Of a stretch of DNA of 64,000 bases, positions 19,641 to 28,691 are shown piece by piece. The translations under genes and the position numbers were made by a program. This stretch comes from Candidatus Bathyarchaeota archaeon (GTDB lineage Archaea; Thermoproteota; Bathyarchaeia; Bathyarchaeales; Bathycorpusculaceae): NCBI GenBank assembly GCA_963782525.1, contig CAWAKC010000005.1, forward strand, positions 32,001 through 96,000, in the 5' to 3' direction. Position 1 is the stretch's first letter. Every line of letters begins with the position of its first letter. The notes beneath the pieces were generated by a model, which was not told the DNA's origin, ran no database searches, and saw only the letters and a list, made by a program, of their open reading frames with translations.

Positions 19641-20888
19641 GTGACTTTTTTGAGAATAGGCTTCTTTGTTTACGAATATCCGCCTCAACTAGTCGGCGGC
19701 TTAGGAACATACGCCGAATACATCACTCAACAATACGTTGATCTTGGACATGACGTTTCAGTTTTCACATTAAACAATAACGGATTAAAAACAAGAGAAA
19801 TAATGAGGGGCGTTGAAGTTCACAGACCCTTAATAGCTGACGCAAGCAACGTATGGCCGTTCTTTGTTGCTGACGACCTTAAAAAATGGGGCACCAACAT
19901 CAAATTCTTCAACGACATATTCATTTACAACATTTTGAGCGCCACTAAATTCATCAACGGCTTAATTAAAAAAGAAGGCTACAAATTTGACGTGGTTTGC
20001 TGTCACGATTGGTTAAGCAGCATCGCAGGCTTAGTTATCAAGAATGAAACCAAAATCCCAGTTGTCTTCCATACGCACAGCACTGAGTGGGGCAGAAGCG
20101 GGGGGCAAGGCTCCGAAACAGTTTCCCACTTTGAAAGTGCAATGGCTCAGAATGCTGACAAAATAATAACCGTAAGCTACGCCATGCAAGAAGACCTCAT
20201 AAAACACGGTTGGCAACCCTCAAAAATCAGCGTGGTTTGGAACGGCGTGGACCCAGACCGTTATGACCCGGTACTTGTTCAAAAACAAGATGTCACTACA
20301 ATCAGAAGGAAATATGGCATTCCAGACAATTGGAATATGCTGCTTTTTGTGGGAAGACTAACATGGGTAAAAGGTGTACGTAACCTCCTACAAGCAATGC
20401 CCCTTGTTCTAAAAGAATACCCCAACACCAAACTGGTCATTTTAGGCAAGGGTGACGAACAAAACGACATAGAAGAAACAGCGGAAAGACTAAACATAAA
20501 AAACAATATTGTTTACAGATTTGACTTTGTTTCAGAAGAAGAAAGAATAATTCATTACGCCGCCTCAGACGTGTGCATTTTTCCTTCTATCTACGAACCT
20601 TTCGGAATTGTCAGTTTGGAAGCGATGGCCATGGAGAAACCTGTCGTGGTGGGCGCCCGCGGTGTAGTTGGTTTTAAGGAGCAAGTTGTAAATGGGGGAA
20701 CTGACCAAACAGGCGTGCACATTAATGGTGAAGACCCCGCTGACATCGCTTGGGGCATAAAAGAAACTTTGCGTGACCCTGAAAAAGCAAAGAATTGGGG
20801 CGAAAACGGCGGGCGAAGAGTACTGGAATATTTCACTTGGCAAAAAGTAGCTGAACAAACTGCTAAAATCTATGAATCATTGTTGTAA
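19641..20888 (+). CDS. GT4-family glycosyltransferase (glycogen synthase-like)
   Basis: YEYPP.VGGLG, HDW, HSTE.GR, NGVD, VGRL..KG, YEPFGIVSLEAMA. Confidence 0.88.
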   Translation: MTFLRIGFFVYEYPPQLVGGLGTYAEYITQQYVDLGHDVSVFTLNNNGLKTREIMRGVEVHRPLIADASNVWPFFVADDLKKWGTNIKFFNDIFIYNILSATKFINGLIKKEGYKFDVVCCHDWLSSIAGLVIKNETKIPVVFHTHSTEWGRSGGQGSETVSHFESAMAQNADKIITVSYAMQEDLIKHGWQPSKISVVWNGVDPDRYDPVLVQKQDVTTIRRKYGIPDNWNMLLFVGRLTWVKGVRNLLQAMPLVLKEYPNTKLVILGKGDEQNDIEETAERLNIKNNIVYRFDFVSEEERIIHYAASDVCIFPSIYEPFGIVSLEAMAMEKPVVVGARGVVGFKEQVVNGGTDQTGVHINGEDPADIAWGIKETLRDPEKAKNWGENGGRRVLEYFTWQKVAEQTAKIYESLL

Positions 20889-20910
20889 AAAACAAAGGAA
20901 ATTATGGATT

Positions 20911-21876
20911 TTAGATAGATAACATTTCAGCCACTTTAAGCAGCCTCAAATCCAACGTTTTCTTCTTAGTCGCTGCTTCCTCAAGATTTAAACTATTGAC
21001 TGCACCCTTCTGCAATCCCACGGCCATGTTGCCCTTCCCTTCGCAAATCAACTCCACTGCTCTCTCCGCAAACAAACTAGCCAGCAATCTGCTGCGAGCT
21101 GTCGGGCTTCCTCCTCGTTGCGCATAACCGATTATGGATAGTCTTACTTCGGAGTCTGTTTGCCGCTGTATGTCCTGTGCCAATTTGCTTGAGTCGCCGA
21201 AACCTTCCGCGGTCACGATTATCCCTGCTTTTTTGCCCTTTTTGGCGTTATCATCCATGATGTTGCATACGTCTGCGGTTGCTAACGGTTTTTCAGGGAT
21301 CAAAATAACCTCTGCACCGACGCACATTCCTACTTCTAAGGCTAAGAAACCTCTTTTGCGACCCATAACTTCCACAATAAAAATTCGTTCGTGGGAAATG
21401 GCGGTGTCCCTGATTTTGTCGATGGTACCCACCGCTGTGTTGACTGCCGTGTCAAAGCCGATGGTTTCGTCGGTGCCGTAGACATCATTGTCGATGGTGG
21501 CTGGGATTCCAACCATCAAAGCGTCACTTTTCTTGCCCAAAGCTAAGGCTCCGCGGAGTGAGCCATCTCCACCAATAACGACTAAACCGTCCACAGAGTT
21601 AATTTTCAGGGTTTCAGCGCCTGTTTCAACACCGCCGGGCTGCTCAAATGCGGGGCAACGTAACGTGTGAAGCATGGTGCCGCCAACCTGAATTATGCCG
21701 CCGACGCTACGGGGCGTCAACTTCTTGCAACTGTTAGACAATAACCCATCCCAGCCGCGTTCAAACCCAACTACTTGGAAACCCATCGAGTGCCCAACAC
21801 GGGTGACTGCACGGATAGCTGCATTCATGCCTGGTGCGTCTCCTCCGGAGGTTACGATGCCGATTGTTTTTGTCAA
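20911..21876 (-). CDS. pfkA: 6-phosphofructokinase, PfkA family (ATP-type signature)
   Basis: TSGGDAPGMNAAIR, GGDGS, PATIDND, IGFDTA, EVMGR, AEG, QRGG. Confidence 0.93.
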   Translation of the reverse strand: MTKTIGIVTSGGDAPGMNAAIRAVTRVGHSMGFQVVGFERGWDGLLSNSCKKLTPRSVGGIIQVGGTMLHTLRCPAFEQPGGVETGAETLKINSVDGLVVIGGDGSLRGALALGKKSDALMVGIPATIDNDVYGTDETIGFDTAVNTAVGTIDKIRDTAISHERIFIVEVMGRKRGFLALEVGMCVGAEVILIPEKPLATADVCNIMDDNAKKGKKAGIIVTAEGFGDSSKLAQDIQRQTDSEVRLSIIGYAQRGGSPTARSRLLASLFAERAVELICEGKGNMAVGLQKGAVNSLNLEEAATKKKTLDLRLLKVAEMLSI

Positions 21877-21995
21877 TTAAATTATGCCTCTTCTCTAACA
21901 TTTCTTGCTAAAAGATTAAAATGTTTAGTATGGCATAAGATCGTGGAAAATGCCAAAACACATAAATTCTTTTGGTTTGTCTTTATGGTCTTTGT

Positions 21996-22149
21996 CGGGA
22001 GGTAGCTCAGCCTGGCAGAGCTCTCGAGCTGGCTAACATGCTTAGCTGGTGGAGAAGCTGTAGAGGTCTACCCATGGTGGGCTTCATTCTAGCCTGTCTA
22101 GGCCACAGATACCGAGCTGTCGCAGGTTCAAATCCTGCTCTCCCGACCA
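21996..22149 (+). tRNA. tRNA-Tyr(GTA) with two introns (30/31: 22027-22056; 37/38: 22064-22110), CCA encoded
   Basis: Acceptor CGGGAGG/TCTCCCG with C1:G72 and A73 (archaeal Tyr identity); D arm GCTC/GAGC; T arm GCAGG-TTCAAAT-CCTGC. Removing both introns gives CTCGG-CTGTAGA-CCGAG, and both introns form BHB motifs. Confidence 0.92.
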
Positions 22150-22218
22150 AACTTAATGACTAAAAAAAGGAAAATTGAGTTTTTAATTGAAAATGAAAAT
22201 AAGGTTATGCCTTTTTCC

Positions 22219-22671
22219 TTAGGGCCCTGGTGCAGTGGCTACAGTGGCTTGTACCAGTGTCTGAGTGAAGTATGTGGCTTGGCTTGTGGAAATTACTATG
22301 GTGACAGGGCGTCCTATGTCGTCTACATTAATAAAGTTTCCAGTGAACTCTACGGTTAAAGTTGTTTCCGCTCCTTTTGCAAGGCCAGTTGTGCTGATGT
22401 CGGGTGCGCTTGTGTAATTGAGTTTTTCTCCTTTGATTATTACTTGGTTAACCATGATGGATGTTGGGCCCGTGTTCTTGATTGTAATGGAGGCTTGGGT
22501 TGTATCCATTGTTGTTCCTGAAATGTAGAGGCTTTCTTTTTGGACTTGGTTAGCGGTTACGGTTGTGGCATAGAGTACCACCGTTGTCGACAGAATAACG
22601 GCTGCCAACAAAATAATAAGATTGCCAACGGGTGCACCTAACCCACGTTTATTCTTTAGGAATCTTATCAT
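22219..22671 (-). CDS. Third, unlinked paralog of pilins 1 and 2
   Basis: KNKRG|LGAPVGNLIILLAAVIL; shares VQxESL, NTG, DIG and TSQA.Y motifs with pilins 1/2. Confidence 0.82.
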   Translation of the reverse strand: MIRFLKNKRGLGAPVGNLIILLAAVILSTTVVLYATTVTANQVQKESLYISGTTMDTTQASITIKNTGPTSIMVNQVIIKGEKLNYTSAPDISTTGLAKGAETTLTVEFTGNFINVDDIGRPVTIVISTSQATYFTQTLVQATVATAPGP

Positions 22672-22913
22672 TGGTTTTTCCCTCGGGGGGCTACTTCAAT
22701 CGCAAGGTTGGGGGTTTCTACGGCGAATTTTACGCCTTCGTTTTTCTCTACATGCAAGTAAGTGAGTGATTTGCACTGGTAAATTACCTTTGCACCGTTG
22801 CGGTTGTTCACATACTTTAGCAAGTTCACGTACTGTTTTTCTGAACCCTTCAAAACTAATGCTATGTAGTAGAATGGCTCAGCAGATTTGGATTCGGTTT
22901 CTTTGTTTTTCAT
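22668..22913 (-). CDS. Small hypothetical protein coupled to the pilin gene
   Basis: 81 aa; ATGA overlap with the pilin; TATA-like sequence upstream. Confidence 0.6.
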   Translation of the reverse strand: MKNKETESKSAEPFYYIALVLKGSEKQYVNLLKYVNNRNGAKVIYQCKSLTYLHVEKNEGVKFAVETPNLAIEVAPRGKNQ

Positions 22914-23021
22914 TCTTTCAATTCACTCGTTCCCTCGTTTCAAAGCGAAGTATTGAGTAGTGAGTATTGCTATATAATAAGTATTTTGACTAAAGATGCA
23001 AAATACACAAAAACTAACAAA

Positions 23022-23531
23022 CTAAATATGCATTAAAACAACTTCACCTGGAGCAAACCAAATATCACTATAAAAACTAAAAACACGCCAACCAAACAGC
23101 CGCCACAACCCCAAAAAACCCACCCGCACAAACCCTGCCCTGCCCAAAGTTGCCAAAGCAGCCTTATTTCCTCTTTGGGTAGAAGCAAAAACCGCATATG
23201 ACCCATCTTTATTTAGGGAATCTGCACCTGCTTTTGTTAAGCTGAGAGCAATTCCACGGCGTCGATGTGAAGGGTGAACTGCAATCCAAAGAATACAGCC
23301 GTATTTGGCTGCGCCGATGTTGAATTCGATGAGTTTAGCAAATCCAGAGATTGTACCTTGCGTTTCGGCAACGATGACTTTTCCTTCTTCGGAGTTTACG
23401 CTGTGGCTGGCGAAGAATCGGAAGAACCTTGGAAAAGATAAATCGATTATTTCTTTAATTTTTGCGTTGTCATCTGTTGTAGCTTCCCTTATAGTTGGTT
23501 CATTGTACACTTTGGCCACTCCCAATTCCAA
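23022..23531 (-). CDS. GNAT acetyltransferase
   Basis: IAVHPSHRRRGIA motif A; GN.AA...GF. Confidence 0.85.
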   Translation of the reverse strand: MELGVAKVYNEPTIREATTDDNAKIKEIIDLSFPRFFRFFASHSVNSEEGKVIVAETQGTISGFAKLIEFNIGAAKYGCILWIAVHPSHRRRGIALSLTKAGADSLNKDGSYAVFASTQRGNKAALATLGRAGFVRVGFLGLWRLFGWRVFSFYSDIWFAPGEVVLMHI

Positions 23532-23573
23532 CTTGTGCGATGTAAAGAATAAAGCTGTCTCAGAATTCAGGGC

Positions 23574-24686
23574 TTAAAGCGGCGTTGCGGGCGGTGGTAG
23601 TGTTGTTGTTTCAGCTGGTTTTTTGCGAGTGAAGATTAGGCTCGTGGATTTCACTATCTGAGGTACTCCTGCAAGATCCTCCACTATCAACAGACCTCGT
23701 GCTAAGATTGCGAATGCCAAGATAGCGCCGGTGTTTGGATTAACAAAAAGTAAACTCATAATCCCAACAATCCCAAATTCTTGAACACCTGCTCCTGCTG
23801 GAGTAATTGGAACAAACGCCAACGCAGTTACTAATGGATGGATCAAGAAGAACCCCAGCCATGCGATTGCAAAGTTGCTGTTGAGAGTTATTCCTAATGC
23901 GGCTCCTAAGAAGTACCATTCAAATCCTTTTAGAACCCAGCAAATCATGGTTAACCCAAATATTTCTGGAATTGCCGACCTAGTTTTCTGAGAGCTGTCT
24001 TTGTATTCTTCAAGTTTGCCCAGTAATCCTCCGGTAAATCTTTTAAGATATCTGGAATTAGCTATCCGGTCAAAAATGGATATGGCTCTCTCTGACCAGG
24101 AAAATGCAGCTAGCAAAAGTGCACCAGTTAACATTAGGGCGATGCCCAAACCTATAACGAAGAAGGTTACGTTAATTCCCAAGATAGTGGTTGAAGGCCA
24201 GTTGCCTGCTGGAACCATGTAGATGAGGAAAATGGCTGCGCCGATTCCCCCGATAACTTTGACTAGAAATTCTATTGTTTGTATGCCTAAGATACTGGAT
24301 AATCCTTTTGAAGCGGGCACGTTTTGGTCTCGAAGGTAGACTGGCGTTAAAATGTAGCCTGAGCGTCCAGGGGTAACGTCGCTTGTTAACATTCCTGCAT
24401 ATTGAGCAAGAAGTGTTTTGCCAAAAGATGTTTTTACCCCTCCTTTTGCAAGAACTCTCCTAAGTCTTACAGTGAAGAAGATGTTTATTCCAAAATACAT
24501 CAGAAAAGCAAGAGCCAAATATTCTACTTTTATGGTGAGTAGGGCGTTATAGAGAGAACCAATTCCTATATACCAAAACAAAGCCGCGAAAATAGCGACC
24601 ATAACCACTACTTGAATGAGAATTCTTAGGATTTTTTTCGAGGAGCTTTGAGGTTTAGGAACAGGGCTGGCTTGGGGATTTGTCAT
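23574..24686 (-). CDS. Lysylphosphatidylglycerol synthase TM / flippase-like membrane protein
   Basis: Multi-TM; VTPGRSG, PITPAGAGVQE and LARG motifs. Confidence 0.85.
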   Translation of the reverse strand: MTNPQASPVPKPQSSSKKILRILIQVVVMVAIFAALFWYIGIGSLYNALLTIKVEYLALAFLMYFGINIFFTVRLRRVLAKGGVKTSFGKTLLAQYAGMLTSDVTPGRSGYILTPVYLRDQNVPASKGLSSILGIQTIEFLVKVIGGIGAAIFLIYMVPAGNWPSTTILGINVTFFVIGLGIALMLTGALLLAAFSWSERAISIFDRIANSRYLKRFTGGLLGKLEEYKDSSQKTRSAIPEIFGLTMICWVLKGFEWYFLGAALGITLNSNFAIAWLGFFLIHPLVTALAFVPITPAGAGVQEFGIVGIMSLLFVNPNTGAILAFAILARGLLIVEDLAGVPQIVKSTSLIFTRKKPAETTTLPPPATPL

Positions 24687-24799
24687 GTTAGTTTAGGAAA
24701 TCGCCTATGAAGGTTAAATGGATTGTGGAAATACCCGTTGAATTATTCCATTCATTTTTTTGATGAGATTTACTTTCTAAATGGTTCTCCAAAAAACAT

Positions 24800-24982
24800 T
24801 TATGGTCTCACGCATTCAACTTTAGGTCTATACGAGCGTTTTGAGGTTCTTCTGCGTTTGTGGTACCCGCATTCATTTACTCTGGTAAGCATCCAACCTT
24901 TGTCCTGGTATACGCAGCCGCATGGCAAATGTATTTCTTTTAAAGCGACGTTTTTTTCGTTGTTTTTTTGGGTTTCAGCCAA
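24800..24982 (-). CDS. Zn-binding microprotein (CxC...CxxH)
   Basis: LPCGC...ECGYH; GAGGGAG Shine-Dalgarno before TTG. Confidence 0.55.
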   Translation of the reverse strand: MAETQKNNEKNVALKEIHLPCGCVYQDKGWMLTRVNECGYHKRRRTSKRSYRPKVECVRP

Positions 24983-25348
24983 TTGTCTCCCTCAAAGGAT
25001 TCTAAGACAAATCACAGTATTAACTTAACGTTGACTGTTTGGTTTTAGACTGATGGACAAAAAGAAGAAGGGCAAGTTGTTTTAGCTTTTTTACAAGTTA
25101 GATGCGGCTGTTGGTCCGCTATGTCTATTTTGTAGTGACCGCAGAAATCCATTCTGGCGTCATAGTTGTCCCAGTCTGGTGCTTGTGTGCCATCGGTGAC
25201 TTTGAACGGGTTGAATTGGATTGTCTTTGAATTGATCGGAATACTGACACTGTCTATAGGAAAAAACTAACTAAAGTTCCATTCGTTCTTCCATTTTTGG
25301 CGGGTTGCTACTTTTATATAGTCTTTTAGCGTATTTTGCGTTACGGTA

Positions 25349-28300
25349 ATGAATTTGAATGCTCAATCTGAAGCTGACCAAAACCAGAGTTTGCCAACAA
25401 ATTATTCTCCGCTTGTGCTTGAAGTTGAAATGCGTGAATTCTGGATAAAAAACGACATCCGCAATAAATTGGAGCTTCTTGAAAAAGACGCTAAGGGTTT
25501 GTTGGGCTATGTGGAAGGTCCACCCACACTTAATGGCATCCCGCATATTGGGCATGCACGCGGCAGAATAATGAAGGATATTCGTTACCGCTGGAAAACT
25601 ATGGAAGGCTATTACATGCCGTTTTGGGCAGGATGGGATTGCCAAGGCTTACCTGTGGAACTCGAGGTTGAAAAACTCCTCGGAGTCCGCAACAAACGCG
25701 AATCCATCGAGAAATTCGGCATGGAACGCTTCATTGAGGAATGCAAGAAAGCCATCATGCGTTATCACCAGATGTGGCTTGAAGCTGACAGCCGATTGGG
25801 CATATCGATTAATCAGGATAAGGCATATTGGACCTACAAGGACAGTTACATTGAACGGGAATGGTTTTATCTTAAGCGAGCTTGGGAACAAAACCTCCTC
25901 GAAGAAGGCCACTATGTGGTTGCTTATTGTCCGGGATGCCAAACCAGCTTGAGCAGCGCCGAAGTTGGGTACGAAGGCAGCTACAAAGAAGTAGAAGACC
26001 CATCAGTTTACTTCAAATTCAAGGTCACAGGAACACAAAACGAGTATTTTCTAGTTTGGACCACCATGCCCTTTACAATCATAACTGACACGATGCTGGC
26101 GGTTCAGCCAAAAGCCGAGTATGTGAAAGTGAAAGTTGGCGAAGAAGTTTGGGTAATGATGCGGCAACGAGTCGAACCAGTCATGGCAGAACTAGAAATC
26201 ACCAACTACCAAATTACCGGATCCATGACAGGCAAAAGCTTGGAAGGAACAGCCTACGATTATCCACTCAAAGATATCATTCCTAAGCAGGCGGAACTTG
26301 AAACCAAACATCCCTTAGTCCATAAAGTCGTAGCGGAAGACTTCGTTGACGTCGAAACCGCAACGGGTGTGGTACATCTTTCTCCTGGTAACGGTGAAGA
26401 CGATTTTTGGGCAGCAAACCGCAGGGGCGTTCCAATCTTTGTTCCCCTCGATGACGAAGTGAAGTTTACAAACGACGCAGGTATCTTCACAGGTGTGTTT
26501 GCTCGCGACGCAGACATGTTAGTGGTCGAGGAACTCCGCAATCACAATGCTTTCGTCAAAGTAAAAAAAATCAAACATGAGTACCCAACCTGCTGGCGTA
26601 GTCACCATAAACTGGTTTGGCTGGCACGGAAAGAGTACTTTCTGCGAACCGATAAAATAAACAGCAAAGTATTGGAAGCAGCTGGAAAAATTGATTATTT
26701 CTTTGATGAACCCAAAAACCGTTTCTTGGGCTTCCTAAAAGAGGGTAAGCCATGGTGTATCAGCCGCGAACGCATCTGGGGCACACCTTTGCCGATGTGG
26801 ACCTGCGAGAAATGCGGCAATAAACGCTTAATCGCAAGCAAAAAAGAACTCTTCCAAAATGCCCAAGAACCTATTCCAGAAAACTTTGAGTTGCATAAGC
26901 CATGGGTTGACCGAATCACACTCAAATGCGATAAATGCGGCGGCAATATGCGGCGGGAAGACTTCGTTTTAGATACTTGGCACAACAGCGGAGCTTCGCC
27001 ATACGCACGTTTCACTGATGAGGAGTTTGAGAAGTTTGTTCCGACCGCCTTTTTGACTGAAGGTATCGATCAAACTCGTGGTTGGGCAAATTCATTGCTC
27101 CTAGAATATGTTATTTTGACGGGGAAACCTGTTGCTCCGTACAAGGCTTTTCTATTTCAAGGTTTAACGCAGGATGCGAAGGGCAGAAAAATGAGCAAAA
27201 GCCTCGGCAACGTCATCGAAACTAATAAACTCCTCGAAAAGAACAGCGCAGACCTTTGCCGGTTTTACATGACACGCAAATGCAGCCCAGTTGACTTCAT
27301 GAGCTTTGACATGCAGGAACTAACACGCAGACCCTACCAGGTACTCTCAACACTCTACCACCTAAGCCGCTTTTTCTTGCAGAATGCAACTTTTGACGAG
27401 TTTAACCCTGAAAAATACAGTTTGGATTGGGCTTTTAAGGGAGGTAAACTTCAAGCTGCCGACCTATGGCTGCTGTCTAAGTTGCAGCAGAAAATCGAGG
27501 AATACACCCAAAAACTCGAAGCATGCGAATTCAACGTTGCATTAGCGGTTTTGGAGGATTTCGTGATTGAAACCCTAAGCAGACTCTATGTTCCGATGAT
27601 TCGCAAGGAACTTTGGACTGATGAACCTGAAACGTTTGAGCGACGGCAAACCATCTACGCACTACTGCACCACACCTTAAAGACTGTCACGTTGCTGTTC
27701 AACCCAATTACACCATTCCTCAGTGAAGCACTCTACCAAAAAATCTATCGCCCATTGGAAACAGACTTGCCTGAATCCGTCAATTTTGCAGCTTGGCCAA
27801 CTCCGAACGAAAAAATGCGCAACAAACCGCTGGAAGAAGATTTCGATATGCTTCTTAAAGTTGTTTCAATCTCATATGCTGCAAGAGGACAGGGAAAACT
27901 CAAGCGTCGCTGGCCACTAGCCAAAACAATCGTAATTGCACCAGAAAAAACTCTGCAAGCCCTCAAAAGCCTCGAAGCACTGCTTCTGGAACAAACCAAC
28001 GTTAAATCTGTCGAATATGCAACGGTGGTTCCTGAATATGTTGGGGGCGAAAATTGGGTTTTCAGCCAACAAGACGAAGTCACCGTGTTCCTCAGTGGAC
28101 AACGTGACGACAAACTGCTGGGCGAAGGCATTATGCGGGACTTGGCAAGGCGTGTGCAAGCCTTGCGTAAGGAGATGGGGTTTGTGCCGACGGAAACCTT
28201 GGAGTCTGTTCATATTGCTGATTTAGACAACGAAAGCATGGGGCTTTTGGAGCCGTATTTGGAGGAGATGGCAGGGTTAGTTCGAACACGGAAAGTCTAT

Positions 28301-28384
28301 TTACACAGCAGCTGCCGCGAAGTTGAAGCACAATGGAATGAATCCGAATTAGACGGCAAAAAAATCAACATAAACATCCACTGA
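25349..28384 (+). CDS. ileS: Isoleucine--tRNA ligase (archaeal type)
   Basis: GPP, HIGH, GWDCQGLP, WTTMP, WCISR, EGIDQTRGW, KMSKS. Confidence 0.97.
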   Translation: MNLNAQSEADQNQSLPTNYSPLVLEVEMREFWIKNDIRNKLELLEKDAKGLLGYVEGPPTLNGIPHIGHARGRIMKDIRYRWKTMEGYYMPFWAGWDCQGLPVELEVEKLLGVRNKRESIEKFGMERFIEECKKAIMRYHQMWLEADSRLGISINQDKAYWTYKDSYIEREWFYLKRAWEQNLLEEGHYVVAYCPGCQTSLSSAEVGYEGSYKEVEDPSVYFKFKVTGTQNEYFLVWTTMPFTIITDTMLAVQPKAEYVKVKVGEEVWVMMRQRVEPVMAELEITNYQITGSMTGKSLEGTAYDYPLKDIIPKQAELETKHPLVHKVVAEDFVDVETATGVVHLSPGNGEDDFWAANRRGVPIFVPLDDEVKFTNDAGIFTGVFARDADMLVVEELRNHNAFVKVKKIKHEYPTCWRSHHKLVWLARKEYFLRTDKINSKVLEAAGKIDYFFDEPKNRFLGFLKEGKPWCISRERIWGTPLPMWTCEKCGNKRLIASKKELFQNAQEPIPENFELHKPWVDRITLKCDKCGGNMRREDFVLDTWHNSGASPYARFTDEEFEKFVPTAFLTEGIDQTRGWANSLLLEYVILTGKPVAPYKAFLFQGLTQDAKGRKMSKSLGNVIETNKLLEKNSADLCRFYMTRKCSPVDFMSFDMQELTRRPYQVLSTLYHLSRFFLQNATFDEFNPEKYSLDWAFKGGKLQAADLWLLSKLQQKIEEYTQKLEACEFNVALAVLEDFVIETLSRLYVPMIRKELWTDEPETFERRQTIYALLHHTLKTVTLLFNPITPFLSEALYQKIYRPLETDLPESVNFAAWPTPNEKMRNKPLEEDFDMLLKVVSISYAARGQGKLKRRWPLAKTIVIAPEKTLQALKSLEALLLEQTNVKSVEYATVVPEYVGGENWVFSQQDEVTVFLSGQRDDKLLGEGIMRDLARRVQALRKEMGFVPTETLESVHIADLDNESMGLLEPYLEEMAGLVRTRKVYLHSSCREVEAQWNESELDGKKININIH

Positions 28385-28393
28385 GGCAAGCAG

Positions 28394-28573
28394 ATGACGA
28401 CCCAAGAAACCAACCAAAACAAACACTACAAATGCCCAAACTGCGCCTGCATCTTTCTAACCCAAGCAGACCTTCAAAAACACATGACCATCTTCGGCAC
28501 CTCAAAAGAACAACATGAATTCGCCTACAAAAAAACTCATGGCCGAATGGAACATGGATACGGCGAAGAATAA
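28394..28573 (+). CDS. C2H2-type zinc-finger microprotein (59 aa; below ORF-track cutoff)
   Basis: MTTQETNQNKHYKCPNCACIFLTQADLQKHMTIFG...; starts 9 nt after the ileS stop. Confidence 0.7.
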   Translation: MTTQETNQNKHYKCPNCACIFLTQADLQKHMTIFGTSKEQHEFAYKKTHGRMEHGYGEE

Positions 28574-28691
28574 TCCTTCCTAAAACAGTTATTTTATTTT
28601 ACGGCTGCTTTTGGGGGCGGTCATTTTAATTATAAAAGATAGCCCTTATATGCAAACCATTTTACATAGTTAAAAGTGAAAGGTACAAAAA

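Noticed and set aside
21972-22163. 63-aa ORF over the tRNA
   Set aside because: Fully explained by the tRNA-Tyr gene.
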